The position numbers and the translations under genes are program-made. From Mantamonas sphyraenae STR306 (lineage: Eukaryota; Protista; CRuMs), in the NCBI GenBank assembly GCA_026936335.1, contig JAPMXV010000019.1, positions 124,001 through 188,000 on the forward strand: 64,000 bases of DNA. The letters are read 5' to 3'. The notes beneath the pieces were generated by a model that was given only the letters and a program-made list of their open reading frames with translations, was not told where the DNA came from and did not search any database. Positions 21,977 to 34,214 of the stretch are shown one piece after another. Numbering within the stretch: position 1 is the first letter of the stretch; each line of letters opens with the position of its first letter.

Positions 21977-23297
21977 CGAGTGGCAATCATGTCAGTGACC
22001 TGTGGATCCTTCAAATCCCCGTTCAGCAGCTCTCACCACTTACCTGAGCATGACGCAGTCAGTGCCGTCATAGACAGCGTTGGCGACGTCGGTGGCCTCG
22101 GCACGGGTGGGACGCGGGTTGTGGGTCATACTGTCGAGCATCTGGGTGGCAGTGATGATGGGTTTGCCCACCTGGTTGGCCTTGGCAATCATGGACTTTT
22201 GGAAAGTGGCCACACGCTCCAGGGGCACCTCGACACCCAGGTCACCACGAGCCACCATGATGCCATTGGCTGCCTCCAGGATGGAGTCGTAGTTGTCAAT
22301 GCCCTCCTGGGACTCGATCTTGGCGATGATCTTGATCTTGTTTTCCAGCACCCCCTCGATCTCGCGGATCTCGTTGATGTTGCTGGCACTGCGGATGAAC
22401 GAGGCGGCAATCATGTCCACGCCCTGTTCCACGCCAAACTCAATGTCCGCAATGTCCTTCTTGGTGAGGGCTGGCAGGTCCACCTCCACACCGGGCAGGT
22501 TCACACCTTTGGTGCCGCCCAGCATGCCACCGTTGATCACCACACATTTCACCTCCGTGTCCGTGACCTCCAGCACACGCATCTCGATGAGGCCGTCGTC
22601 CACCAGGATGGTGTTGCCCTCCTTCACAACTTTGGTGATGTTTTTGTACGAGATGGAGTTGCCCTCCGACGTGCCCTTCACCTCCTGGTTCGTGGTGAAC
22701 GTAAACGCCTGGCCCTCCTCCAGTTCCACCTCCTTCACGTCTCCGTCCAGCGGGCCCGTGCGGATCTCCGGACCCTGTGTATGCAGTGTTTTGACGCGCA
22801 GGCCGGAATCCGCCCCCCAAAAAGAGGGTTGGTTGAAAATGTGTGAGCCCTCTTTTCCCATTTGGTACAAGGCACCCTGCACGCTTGTCTCTTGCCCGTG
22901 TCACGCTCGACACTCTCTGACATGTGCATGCACACGTGACCGTATCATCCCACTTTGCACTCACCTTGGTGTCCAGCATGATGGCCACAATGGTACGCTT
23001 GTCAGCCTCGACCTGGCGGATGAGGCGGATCGTCTCTGCGTGGCGCTCCTGGTCACCGTGCGAAAAGTTGATGCGGCAGATGTTCATGCCGGCGTCAATC
23101 AGCTCGCCCAGCTTCTTCTCGTTCCACGTGGATGGGCCAATCGTGCAGATGACGCCCGTGCGGCACGGACGCTCGCTTTCCAGCTCCATGCTCATCGACT
23201 CCAGGTTTGTGAACGAGCTGTTGCCCGCCAGCAGCGACAGGTTGTTCGAGCTCGAAGAGCTTGCCGAGGAAGATTGAATGCTTGGAGAAAAGCTCAT
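21439..23297 (-). CDS. PYK: Pyruvate kinase; 3 exons
   Basis: [23 protein letters not shown]|[40 protein letters not shown] and ML|[10 protein letters not shown]. Confidence 0.97.
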
Positions 23298-23387
23298 GTT
23301 TGTTCCAACGAGGTTTTGGGTGGGTGGTGGAGCGAGGAGCAAACCCACCCGACAACTGAAAAGATGTTGCCCCAGCCCCAGACTGCC

Positions 23388-25295
23388 TCACCGTTCATCC
23401 TCTGGGATCCGCATGCGCAGATATTCCAAGAGAGCAGGGGTGCCCTTGGATAACACGGACCTGCGCATGCCCTTGATGGGATTCCCGTCGACAAAGAGGG
23501 CGCTGAGGGAGAGGAGGCCGAGTTGAGGCAGCAGAGTGGCAATGTTGTTGTTGCTGAGGTCCAGCGACTCCAGCTGGGACAGGTTGGTGATGGACAGAGG
23601 CACACGCTCAATGCGGTTGTTGGCAAAGCTGAGGGTGCGCAGGGAGGTGAGCTCGCAGATTTCGGGTTGGATCTCCGTCAGCGCGTTGAACGCCAGCGAC
23701 AGCGATGTGAGCGACGTGAGCCGGTACAAATCAAACGGAAGCATCATTTCGTCGTTTTTGTCCAACACCAGCGTGGTGAGTTTGCTCAGATCGCACAGGG
23801 GATCCGGAAGCGTGTAGAGGCGATTGAACGAAACGTCAAGATGTGTGAGCGATGCAAGGCTTCCCACACCAGGGGACACTGCCACCAGCTGGTTGTGAGA
23901 CACGTCCAGCTTCTCCAGTGCCGAGAGGTGCATGATGTCATCTGGCACCTCCCCCAACGCATTGCGACTCAGATCCAACGACACGAGGACGTCGGCACAC
24001 TCGCCGATCTCTGTGGGCCACACGCGCAGTTTCTGACCCTTGAAATCCAGTGTGGCCGTTTGCTGGTGCTTTGCCTTGCGAAGCTGGTCGTGTGCAGACT
24101 CGGCCTCGCCAATGCGCAGCTGATAGTCGTCGGCAAACACATCGTTGGAACTGCTGCTGCTGCTGCTGCCGCCGCCGAGGGACGAGGATGAAGACGAAGA
24201 TGACATTCCCAGTGCCGCTGCCACGGCGTTGTCGTGCGTTAACCGCGTTTTTAGATACTTGAGGATGCTTTCGGTGCCCTTTTCAATCACCGCGCGACGG
24301 ATGACCCGAAATGGGTTTGCTTCCACATTGAGGTTCTGCAAGCCAGCAATGAGAGAGATCTCGGGCTGGAGGTTGGAAAGGGAGTTGTATCCCAGGTGCA
24401 GGGTGACCAGCTGCTGCAGGTAGCCAATCTCTGGGGCAACGGTTTGCAATGCACACGATTGCATGTCGAGCATGGTCAGGCTGCTGATGGCACACAGTTC
24501 TGCAGGGAGCTCGGCAATAGGATTGTGGTTGAGCCACAACGCGGTGAGCGAAGGCAAACGCGTGGCCAGGCCGTCAGGAATCTGAGCCAGATTGTTGTTC
24601 CCGAGATCGAGGCTGTGCAGTGCGCGCAACGGAGCGCTGCGCACCAGAGGGGACAACGAGGCGATGCGATTGCCACTTGCACGCAGTTCAGCGAGGGCAG
24701 GCAGTGTGGTGACGGCAGAGTCGAGTGTGTCGAGGGCATTGTCACGAACGTCGAGGATCTGCAGGTCGACGAGTTTGCTCAAATCCGAAGGCAGCTCCTG
24801 CAGCTGATTGCTGGCCACGTGCAGCTCTTGCAAAGAGTGCAGATAGAGGACACAGTCGGGCAGGGATGTGAGCATGTTGTTGCTGAGCGCAAGGCGAGAG
24901 AGGTTGGCAAGCTTGGATAGCTCCCAGGGAAGGTCTGTGAGTTGGTTGTCACTCAAGCCAAGGTCTTTGAGAAATTCCAGCTTGCCCAAAGTGGACGGAA
25001 GGCTGCTGAGGGCGTTGTGGTCCAGATACAGCTGGACGAGCTCAACCAAGTGTTGGACACTTTCCGGCACGCTGGGGATCTGGTTGTGGGACAAATCCAG
25101 GAGTTTGCACCACCACCACTCCCACGGGCCCTCCACGTGTTGGATGCCACAGTGGCTGAGGTTGAGCTTGACCAGGTCGGTGGTGGCCCACACCGCATCG
25201 GGGATCGCAGTCAACTCCACGTTTTGCAGGTTCAACGAGTACGTCTCGGCGGCCATGCGCAGCTTGTGCTGCAACACCTTGGAGGACGATTGCAT
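23388..25295 (-). CDS. LRRC40: Leucine-rich repeat protein, LRRC40-like
   Basis: Many LxxLxLxxNxL repeats and two capping motifs (NPFRVIRRAVIEKGTESILKYLKTR, NPIKGMRRSVLSKGTPALLEYLRMRI). Confidence 0.75.
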   Translation of the reverse strand: MQSSSKVLQHKLRMAAETYSLNLQNVELTAIPDAVWATTDLVKLNLSHCGIQHVEGPWEWWWCKLLDLSHNQIPSVPESVQHLVELVQLYLDHNALSSLPSTLGKLEFLKDLGLSDNQLTDLPWELSKLANLSRLALSNNMLTSLPDCVLYLHSLQELHVASNQLQELPSDLSKLVDLQILDVRDNALDTLDSAVTTLPALAELRASGNRIASLSPLVRSAPLRALHSLDLGNNNLAQIPDGLATRLPSLTALWLNHNPIAELPAELCAISSLTMLDMQSCALQTVAPEIGYLQQLVTLHLGYNSLSNLQPEISLIAGLQNLNVEANPFRVIRRAVIEKGTESILKYLKTRLTHDNAVAAALGMSSSSSSSSLGGGSSSSSSSNDVFADDYQLRIGEAESAHDQLRKAKHQQTATLDFKGQKLRVWPTEIGECADVLVSLDLSRNALGEVPDDIMHLSALEKLDVSHNQLVAVSPGVGSLASLTHLDVSFNRLYTLPDPLCDLSKLTTLVLDKNDEMMLPFDLYRLTSLTSLSLAFNALTEIQPEICELTSLRTLSFANNRIERVPLSITNLSQLESLDLSNNNIATLLPQLGLLSLSALFVDGNPIKGMRRSVLSKGTPALLEYLRMRIPEDER

Positions 25296-25456
25296 GGGGA
25301 CCGAGGTTGTCAAGACACAGTTGCGTTGGGTGACACTGCGTGGCGTGAGCAGCAAACTCTTTTTCATTTTGTGAGCGACGGCCGGGAAAAGAGGCCGTTG
25401 GACGGATTTGCGCGCCAACACGGCGCCGTCCTGTCTGTACACGTGCTGCACACGTT

Positions 25457-25675
25457 CTACTGCGACACAAAGGCGGTGGAAGACATGGGAGTGGCCACGG
25501 ATTCGTGGAAGCCCGACCAGACCTTGCTGATCTTGTCAAACTCCTGGCCAACCTGCAGCAGTGATTCCAGGTTGCGGTTCAGCGTGGCCATGTTGCCCAC
25601 AATGTCCACAATGCCTTGGTTGATCTCACCCAGGATGTGCTGGCGCTCCAGTTCAAACTCTTGCTGTGCGTCCAT
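25457..25675 (-). CDS. DAD1: DASH/Dam1 kinetochore complex subunit Dad1
   Basis: 72-aa FELERQHILGEINQGIVDIVGNMATLNRNLESLLQVGQEFDKISKVWSGF matches the Dad1 pattern F..QR..L..EI......LNRSLE....VG.EF..V..LW..F. Confidence 0.8.
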   Translation of the reverse strand: MDAQQEFELERQHILGEINQGIVDIVGNMATLNRNLESLLQVGQEFDKISKVWSGFHESVATPMSSTAFVSQ

Positions 25676-26126
25676 GGCGGCTCTGTGATGTGTGTCGTGC
25701 GTGTGGCGCGTGAGAAGACGCAAAAGGTGGAAGCGCGCGTGTGTGAGCGATCGCCTCTTGACGTGTCAGTGCCTTTTCCGGCTGTTTCGTGCGCTGTCGC
25801 ATGTTCACATGCACATTCCCTGTGCTCCCATGTGCGTTTGTATGGAAACGGGTGTGGGGGGTTGGATGTCGTGCTTTGCGGCGAGGAGATGGGTTCGTAC
25901 TTTTCCAAGAGCGTGTTTCTTTGGTTCCCCGTTCGCATGCCTCACACATCGACACAGACGCAAAGTCGTTTGACCGTGTCCCATGCTTTCCTTCCACCCC
26001 ACGCACACACACACACACTCCCTCTCTGTGCATGAGACGGTGTGCTTGGGCCGAGGCAACCAATCCCCGTTGTGTGTGACCATGTGGCTTCAGCGATTCC
26101 GCAATGCGGACTCTGTGCAGGAGTTC

Positions 26127-27444
26127 ATGGCTGTCCACGAGGAGTTCCTTCTGAGGTAGGTTTGTGGACAAGGGTGAAGGTCGAAGAAAAGGAGGGGGAA
26201 GACCCATTATTCACTGGGTTTGCTGCTGGGTGACAAAAAACACAAGTTGACACGCCGCGACGCCTGGTACATGCACCACACGCATTGCACATTGGCACCA
26301 CGTGGGCACCCACCCATGTGTGCACTGTCCTGTACGACACGCGCGCATGTATGCAGGGAGGGACTCCAGGGGAGGGACGAAGGGGTGTTTGAGGACCTGG
26401 TGGCAAAGGCCGGGCTGCAACCACTCTCCACGTATGTAGATAACCAGCAAGGGGGCTACAGCAGCGGCAGCAGCAACAAAGAGGACAGTGATGACGTGCA
26501 GGTGCTTCCCGACGGTCAGACAAAATTCGCAATGGTAAGTGGGCACACGTGGGATGGAGAGAGGGCCACCAGAAAGGGCAATATCTCAGCGGTTTTTTAG
26601 CTTTTCGCCCCTCAGCAATGCTATGCGGCGTGCGGGGGAGTGCACGTGGGTCTGTGGCATATGACCAGAGACGGAATGTGCAGGGTGGGTGATGCACATG
26701 TTGACACATGCGTTCCCGGTACAGGTTTTGCACGACTTTGAAAGCGAGGCGGACAACGAACTGAGCGTTTGGGCGGGGGATGCGGTGGTGGTGCTGGCTA
26801 CGGCTGGTGAGAACGACGAGTGGAGCTTTGTGTGTGAACAAGAGGAGGCGGAGTACGGTTTGGTACCGACGAATCACCTGGGAGTGTTGGGAGAGGACGT
26901 GTGGGTGGATTCGGAGGCGGTTGAAGAGGAGGACGATCCAGGGCTGCTGCAGGACATGGTCAAGCTGCAAAGCGCATACGCAGCACACGAACATGCCAAG
27001 GCAGTCATGGCACAGGAGGCAAATCAGGCTCTGCAAGCCCTATTTATGCGCACAGTGCTTTCCCTCGCCACGCAATCGGCCGAAGTTTCGCGAGGCAACT
27101 CGTCGCCAAACCCATCGCCACGACGATTGGCACGACACACCTCCACCCCCGTGGGCACGGGCACACTCGACACATCCAGCAGCAGCACACGCAGCAGCAG
27201 TAGCACACGCTCGCAGCCGCCACCCAAGCCCGCACGGCCGTCCAGTCGAGGCGCGCGTCGTTCGCGTCAGGTGAGCACAGGCTCACCTCTGCTGGTGGAG
27301 ACAAAGTCGGTGGGCAGCGAGCCCGCCGTGGGAGAACTGCTCATGCGCACACCCAGTGAACAGGAGGAGGATGGCACCAGGAGTCCATCCAGTGGCGGTC
27401 GACGCGGAAGGTCACTGAGTCTGTTTCGTAGGGCCAAAGGGTGA
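26127..27444 (+). CDS. SH3-domain protein (multi-exon; 5' end uncertain)
   Basis: FAM|VLHDFESEADNELSVWAGDAVVV...EW...GLVPTNHL SH3 motif and a Ser/Pro-rich tail. Confidence 0.7.
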
Positions 27445-27486
27445 GGAGATGTGGCGTGTGGTTTTGGGATGGGTGGAGACAACAAA

Positions 27487-28175
27487 TGAACAGCAGTTCG
27501 CCAAGCCAAACGTCTGCTGTGGGAGTTGAGTCGTGCGCTGTTGCGCACAGCACTCGACAAGGTCTTCTTCTCAGGGGCGCAGTGGAGAGGATGGAGGCCA
27601 CAAACGAGTTCCAGGTGGGCCATCTGCTGATCTTGTTGGGTGTGGCCATCATGACGGCGGCGATGGTGTACTTCCTGTCGCGGTACAGGGTCAAGGTGCG
27701 CGCGGAAAGCATCAATGCCATCCCACGAACGATGATGCTCATACGCAAGGCAGACCTACCACGTGCCATACACACCATCATCCGCGCCGAGTACGACCGG
27801 TCGTTGACCTTGCGTCAAAGCGTACAGCCCGAAGACGCCCTCAGCGGCAGCTTTGGTTGGGGCGCGGTTGGTTCGGGCTTTGAAAAGATTCACTTCAAAA
27901 CCTCCATTGCACTGTCGTTCAACGTGCTGGAGCTGCTGGCCTACAAACGCGACCCCGCACTTGCACGCCCACCGGCCATGTGTATCCGCGAGTGGGTCAC
28001 CAGCCTGCGTTCGGCCGTGCCGTCGCTCACCCACAGGATGTGCTCCCAGTACATCGACATGTACGAGCGCGCACGCTTTTCTCCCGACGAGGTGCCGCAG
28101 CAAGAGTATGCCGAACTCATGAAGGGTGTCCTCGTCATTGTACAGGCCCTGGAGGACCAGGACATGGAGAGGTAG
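27487..28175 (+). CDS. NICE-3/C1orf43 (fungal DLT1)-like single-pass membrane protein
   Basis: TM segment LLILLGVAIMTAAMVYFL and a C-terminal YIDMYERARFSPDEVPQQEY motif. Confidence 0.6.
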
Positions 28176-28281
28176 CAACAACGACAACTTCCGCTCTCTT
28201 TCTCTCTCAATATCCATCTTGTCCATCCCTCTCTTTGCAAGTGCATTCATAGGGAACTGTCGTTGTCAACACGCCAGCGTA

Positions 28282-28318
<37 letters not shown>

Positions 28319-28322
28319 TGTT

Positions 28323-29222
28323 TCATTCCTTGCCCGAAACACCACTGTGGAGTGTGCCTGCCATGAGCACATCGTCGCCCATGCGTGCAACACGCACTCC
28401 TGTAAGCCTTGGGTAGCTTCCTTGGCCATCGGAAGGCAGCAGTGATTGCATGGCATGGTAGCCGCCGACAAAGGTCGGGGCAACCGTCACAAGCACCTCG
28501 TCAACCAGACTCTGCTCGTTGTGTGCTTGCATGAACGATGTGAGCACCTTGGCCCCTCCTTCGACCATCACCGAGTCGATGCCATGCTTGCTCAGCAATT
28601 GCTCTGTGTAGGCGAGAGAGATGATGATGTCAGTTGTGTGCCTCTTCTACAGTCCTTCTCCTTCCCTCCACCCACCCATGAGTGTATGCAGCGACGGATG
28701 TGTCTCGTCTTTGTGTGCGCGTGGCAGCTCCAGAATCTGGGCTCCTGCGTCTTCGAGCGCTGCCTTGCGGGCTTGCCACGCCTCCATTTCTTCCTCTGCG
28801 CCCTCCTCATCCTCCTCAGGTTGTACACACACCACTACGGGTGCCGGCTGCTGCTGATTGACCACGAGCTTGCAGTCGATGGGCATGCGCAGGTGTGTGT
28901 CGAGCACCACGGGCACGGGATTCCCAGCTTCCCGTTTGTCCACCAGCCGCACCGTCAGCGATGGATTGTCCGCAAGCACCGTGGAAACACCCACAAGGAT
29001 GCCTGCATGCAGCATGCGAAGGTGGTGTGTCATCTTCATGCTCTCCTGTCCGCTCAGCAGCAATGGCGAACCCGGTTGTGCGCTGATGCACCCGTCCAGC
29101 GACTGTGCATACGTCACTGTGACCCATGCCCGTCCCTCGGCTTTTGTATGCGCATCCACCTTTGCGTCAAACGTTTCTGTGTCGTCCACCACCTCTTCCC
29201 ACAATGTTCCCGCGGATGACAT
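28323..29222 (-). CDS. RIB7: RibD C-terminal-type pyrimidine reductase (Rib7-like, riboflavin biosynthesis); 1 intron
   Basis: VTVTYAQSLDGCIS...SGQESMKMTHHLR..HAGILVGVSTVLADNPSL and SVMVEGGAKV. Confidence 0.88.
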
Positions 29223-29341
29223 GCGCCTGCAAGTTGGTGGCCCGGCCGCGTGTGGAGATGAACCATTCCATTGTACATTTGCACAGAAAGAGACCATTGG
29301 GAGTTTCAACCCCCCACACACCATCTCATGTCCCTTCTCAC

Positions 29342-32098
29342 TCACACCCGCGATGCCTCGTCCACAATCTCGGCGGGTGTCTTCTTGAGCAGCTGCTTGA
29401 GGTAGTTCTCCATCTGCGTGGCACACTTGAAGTACGGCGTGTCGTTGCCGTTGTACTGCTTGCAGTTGAGAAACACGCGCTTGACGTCCGCCACAAAGAT
29501 TTCCGGAAACAGGTAGAAGCGGCCCCTGTCCAGCTGCGTCTGGATCGTGCGAAAGTCGATCGGGTTCATCATCACGTTGTAGTAGTCCGGCACATCCTTA
29601 GGATCCACGGGTTCCATGAATGGCCACGAGCTCTGGTGCGTCTTGAGCAGCTTGAGCAGAGACGACAGCGCCTGCTGCAAGTCATCCCCACTCAGCTGCT
29701 CCAACGCCGTTGCTTCCCTCAGCGTCACCGCCCTGCCCTTACCCTTGCCCATACCACCACCACCACCTCGGTGGTTGCTGCTCCCGCCAGCTTCGTAGCC
29801 AGCCTCCCGCAAGCCCGGAATACTCTCGATGGGCACAGCACCCTTGCTGCTGCTCCGCTGCAGGCCGGGATACACCAGGTGGCTGTTGGACAGCTTGGCA
29901 ATCATGTCCTTCACCGCTTTCTTTTGCGTGTTGATGGTCATCGGCACAGCGTTGTAGTTGACCCGCGGGTGGATCTTGCAGTGCATGATCGTGCCTCCCT
30001 CGTAGTCCTTGATGTACCCACGCCACACGCTGTCGTCCAGGTCCACCTCGATGGTGAAGCCCTGCTTCTTGAAAAACTCGATGGCGTAGTTGTCGGCGTA
30101 TGTCAGAAAGTTGTAAATGCCCTCCCGCTTCACCATCTCCTTCAGGTTGTTCATCATGTACGAACCGTAGCCCTTGACCTGCTCGTTGCCATCCACCGCC
30201 AAGAACACAATCTCTGCAAACGCCTGGCTGTGAAACGGCCGGAAGCAGATGCCCCCGATGATCTTCTTGCCCTTCTGCAGCACAAGATGCTTGTGGTAGC
30301 GGTCAAACACAAGGCGTCCGATGTACTCGCGGGGCATCTTGGGCAACTGCCGCGAAAAGATACGCTTGAGTCCAATCAGGTAGACGTTGTTGTGCGGCGT
30401 GCCGTCGTTCCACAAAATGTCCACACTGAGTTGGCCCCGCTGCTTCTCGTTCATCGTGCGAATGACACGTGCACTCACGCCGGCATCCACATCCATCTGT
30501 GCGCTGTCCTTGCCTGCGGCACTGGCGGCCGCCACTGGCACGGGCACAGGCACACCCCCAGGCACGACGCCCACGACGCCTCCGCCGCCGCCTGCCGCGC
30601 CGCTGCTGCTGCCTGCCACAGGCATACCTGGGGCCACGGGCACATCAACACGCGACCGCTTTGTGTGCGGCTCCACAGACACGTCTGCCGGGCGTGCACG
30701 CTTGCGGTCGCGCACGTTGGCCATGATCTTGTCAAAGTCCTTGTTGAAAATGACGCTCTTTTCGTTGCGCAGCTCGGTTTCCAGGTCCTGGAAGAAACGC
30801 ACCACCAGCGGGTTCACATTGTCGCCCCGCAGGTAGTTGGTTTTGATGCTGTCGTGGATCTGTGTGTAGATGGCGCGCATCATCCACTTGCCAAAGATGT
30901 CTACCAGTTTGTGGGTGCCCCCCTCGCCGTGTGCAAACTTCTTCCACCGCTGATAGTTGATAAAATACAGTTTCTCCGCCGTCGTCAGCTGTGCTGGCTC
31001 CTTCTTGCTCGGCTGTGCCAGCTCCAGCCTATTGAGAGCCTGCAAGAACATGTGTGCCAGCTTGGTCGTCGCCAACTTGCCCTGTTCCTTTGCCGTCCCA
31101 TACTTGTAGTCCACAAAGTTGGACATAATCTTGCTAATCACAGGCTCCTCAAACGGAGGCTCGCGCAGGTAGTGATCAAACGTGCTGCGCTTTGCTGTGT
31201 TGCCACCCGCCGCCGCCGACCCCGCTCCTCCCCCACCCGTCAACGGGCCTCCTGCACCGCCGCCGCTGCTACTGCTCGCCGTCACAGGCTGCACCTGTTG
31301 AATGGGCGCCCCTTGCGTGCTGCTCGACAGCTGTGTGGCCACCAGCTGCGTTCCACGCATGCCTGTTTGCTGTGTGCCGCCACTCTGCAGCGCTCCGTTC
31401 GTCTGCAGCAACCTGTTGTTTGGTGTGCGCGACAGTCAGCGTGTGTGTGTGTGCGTACAGATTTGCCATGGTGTGCACATGCACCCTGCATGACAGCTGC
31501 TCCCTGGCTACGTCGACGTCGTGCAACACGGCGCAAGACCACACGCAAAGGGGGAAATCGCTCGAGAAATCGGAGGGGAAAATGCCGCAACTCACTCGCG
31601 CAACTCGCGAATGCGCTGCAGGTGCTGCGGCTTGCTGGATGAGTTGTTTCGGATTTCCTGGTAGTGGTTGACAATCTCCAGCACAATGGCCACCTTTCGG
31701 TCCAACTCTGCCACGGGCATCTGGTTCAGATTGCCGTGGTTGGTCAGCTTGTGTTTGCAGGACGAACACAGGTCGTTGTCGATCAGCACCTGCCGCTCCG
31801 CCTCCACCTGCTTCCGCTCAGCCTCGGATGCATTCTTTGGCGCGCGGAACACCACCTGCGGGTTCTTCCAACCACGGCAGTCACATTTCTGGCCCTGTGG
31901 GGAGGGGGCACGGAGCAGTGTGAGTGTGTGGGTGACGGCCAGCAGCAGCAGCGCGCCACTTTTGCTTTGCTTCCTTCCACACGTGTGGACACTGGACCAA
32001 CGTACTCCCTGGGCTACCAGACACGGGAGGTAGGGTCCCACCAGATAGTGCTTCTCAGCAACGGTCAGCGAGCTGGCCTGGATTCCTTGTTGCTGCAT
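29342..32098 (-). CDS. GCN5: Histone acetyltransferase GCN5/PCAF (PCAF_N-like region, GNAT, bromodomain); multi-exon
   Basis: FSRQLPKMPREYIGRLVFD, FAEIVFLA..EQVKGYG, YADNYAIEFFKKQGF and IKDYEGGT. Bromodomain SWPFMEPV...DYY. N-terminal CDCRGWK...CSSCKH. Confidence 0.95.
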
Positions 32099-32152
32099 GT
32101 GTTTGCAAGGGGACGAGCTTGCCTGCGCCGCCGCACGAAGCACATTCCCAAG

Positions 32153-34155
32153 ATGCCGGCCAAGCGATCGGCACGCAAGCGAAAGCGGGTGGTGGTGGAG
32201 GAAGAGGAGGAGGAAGAGGAGGAAGAGGAATGGATGGGAAATGGCGAGGATGACGAGGAGGAGGAGGAGGAGGACTCGCAGTGGCGATTGGTTGGAAACA
32301 CAACCAGCAGCAGCAGCAGCAGCAGCAGCAGTAGCAGTAGCAGCAGCAGTGCCTACATGGACATGGACGACGAAAGGAACGCTGCAACGCAGCAGGTGAG
32401 GCGGGAGGAAATGGAAAGCGAGGCGGCACAAGTGGAGCTTACCGAGTTGCAAGCGGAGATCAACGAGGAGCGCAGACTGGCGAAGCAACGGCAAGGAATG
32501 GCGACGTTGACACGAGCAAAACAGCGCAAGCTGCTGGACAAACTCAAGTCGTTCATGATGAGTAGGTTTTGGGAGGGGGAGGGTGTGCACACAACGCACA
32601 GACGCGTCGGAACGGGCTTCCCGAGATTTGCGCGACGTGATCGCTCGCCCGCCAATTTGGCGCCAACGCGCTCACAACGAGCCGGACACTGACACGAAAC
32701 ACATCGCACCCCTCGTGCACACGGGATGGCACACATGCACACGCAGGCAACGCAGAGGTGCTGAAGTGGGACATGCGTCGCAAGTTGCTTCTGCGTGTGA
32801 TCGATTGCAGCAAGCTGGTGACAGATCCGATAGACGATGACCACGAAAATGAGGAACTTCGGACGGCGTCGGAAGCATCGATGGATGCAGAAATCATGCG
32901 AATGGCCATGTTGTTGGCCAAAACAAAGACAGAGCTGATCCAGAGGGATGCGACGTTGCCCGAGGCCAAGGATCTGGTACGCGTTTTGGGCGTGACGTTC
33001 GAAGGGATTAGCGAGAACCTGTTTGCCATGTTGGGCAACATTGCCATTGGGGAAGGGTGGACCACTCGCACGCCTGCGTTGCGAACGCTGCGTGGGCCGT
33101 TGGTGGTGCCTGCCACGGACCCGAGTGCCAAGGAGCGTGCGCGGGAACAGCGGCTGGCACGTGCGGCGTTGGCCAAGGAGCAACTGGAGAGGGAACAGCA
33201 GCAGATGCAGGGGGTGTCCACATCCATTGTGGTGGCGGGCCAGGGCGAGGATGTGGAGGATACGGAGGAGGCGGAGAGCCAGGTGCGCAAGGACGAGTTT
33301 GACAAGACGGCGGCGGCGGTGGGGCTTCTGGACGGGTGGCATTCCTACTGGCATCTGGTCACAGATCCAAACGAACACACAGGCTACACAAACACAGTGA
33401 CCAACATCTTTCACGTCTCGTTCCTGGTCAACCAGGGCCTGGTGGAACTCAAGGTGCAGCACGGGGACATCTGGATGCGCAAGTGTTCTGCGGGAGCACC
33501 CAGGCGGCGAGATTACAGGAACGGCACGTTGGAGAACAAACACGCGGTGGTGCGTCTGAGCCACGCAGAGTGGAGGTACCATTGTGAAGTGCTGGCCCAG
33601 CGCAGAATCAACTCGGGCGACGAACTGCTCACCCTGCTCGACTTTCAAGAGCAACTGGTAAGCAATGGGGAGCATGAAGAGGCAGATGCAGAGGAAGACG
33701 AGTCCCTTATGGACACAGAAGATGTGGTCGTGCCCACGCAGGAGCTGCCTGCCACAGCCAGCACGCGGCCGCAAGTCACGTCGTCTTCCAGCCGCAGTGG
33801 CAGAAGCAAACGCAACACACCGAAACGACGACGCACTGGCTCCTCTCCCGTTCCTGATGAACCCGTGGCGAGCTCATCGCGAGCCATGATGTCCCGTCGC
33901 TTCGGTGACGAGGAGGCAGAGGAGGAGGAGGAGGAGGAGGAGGACGAGGATCATCGCACGCCTGCATCGCGCCGTGTCAAGGCCGCCGTTGACGCAGACG
34001 AGGGTGAGGGGAACAACGACGGGGACGACGACAAAGATGACAGCAGTAGCAGCAGCGATGACGAGGAGGAGGAGGAGGAAATGACCATCATGTTCACGCC
34101 ATCCCAATCGCCGTCTCCACGCAGGCGGCAGGGCTTGGTGGGCAGGCACAGGTGA
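32153..34155 (+). CDS. NSE4: Smc5/6 kleisin subunit Nse4/EID family; 1 intron
   Basis: Nse4_C-like motif VTDP...YTNTVTNIFHVSFLVNQGLV, N-terminal EASMDAEIM helix and acidic tails. Confidence 0.7.
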
Positions 34156-34214
34156 ACAAATCAAAAGGGACTCATCAATTCATTGAGATCGTGGATTGTC
34201 GTGGATTGTCCAGA

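Noticed and set aside
29126-31642. Long antisense ORFs (838 aa opposite GCN5; similar ones opposite ARPC2, SRP72 and others)
   Set aside because: Shadow ORFs caused by GC-rich codon bias on the coding strand; no recognisable domains.
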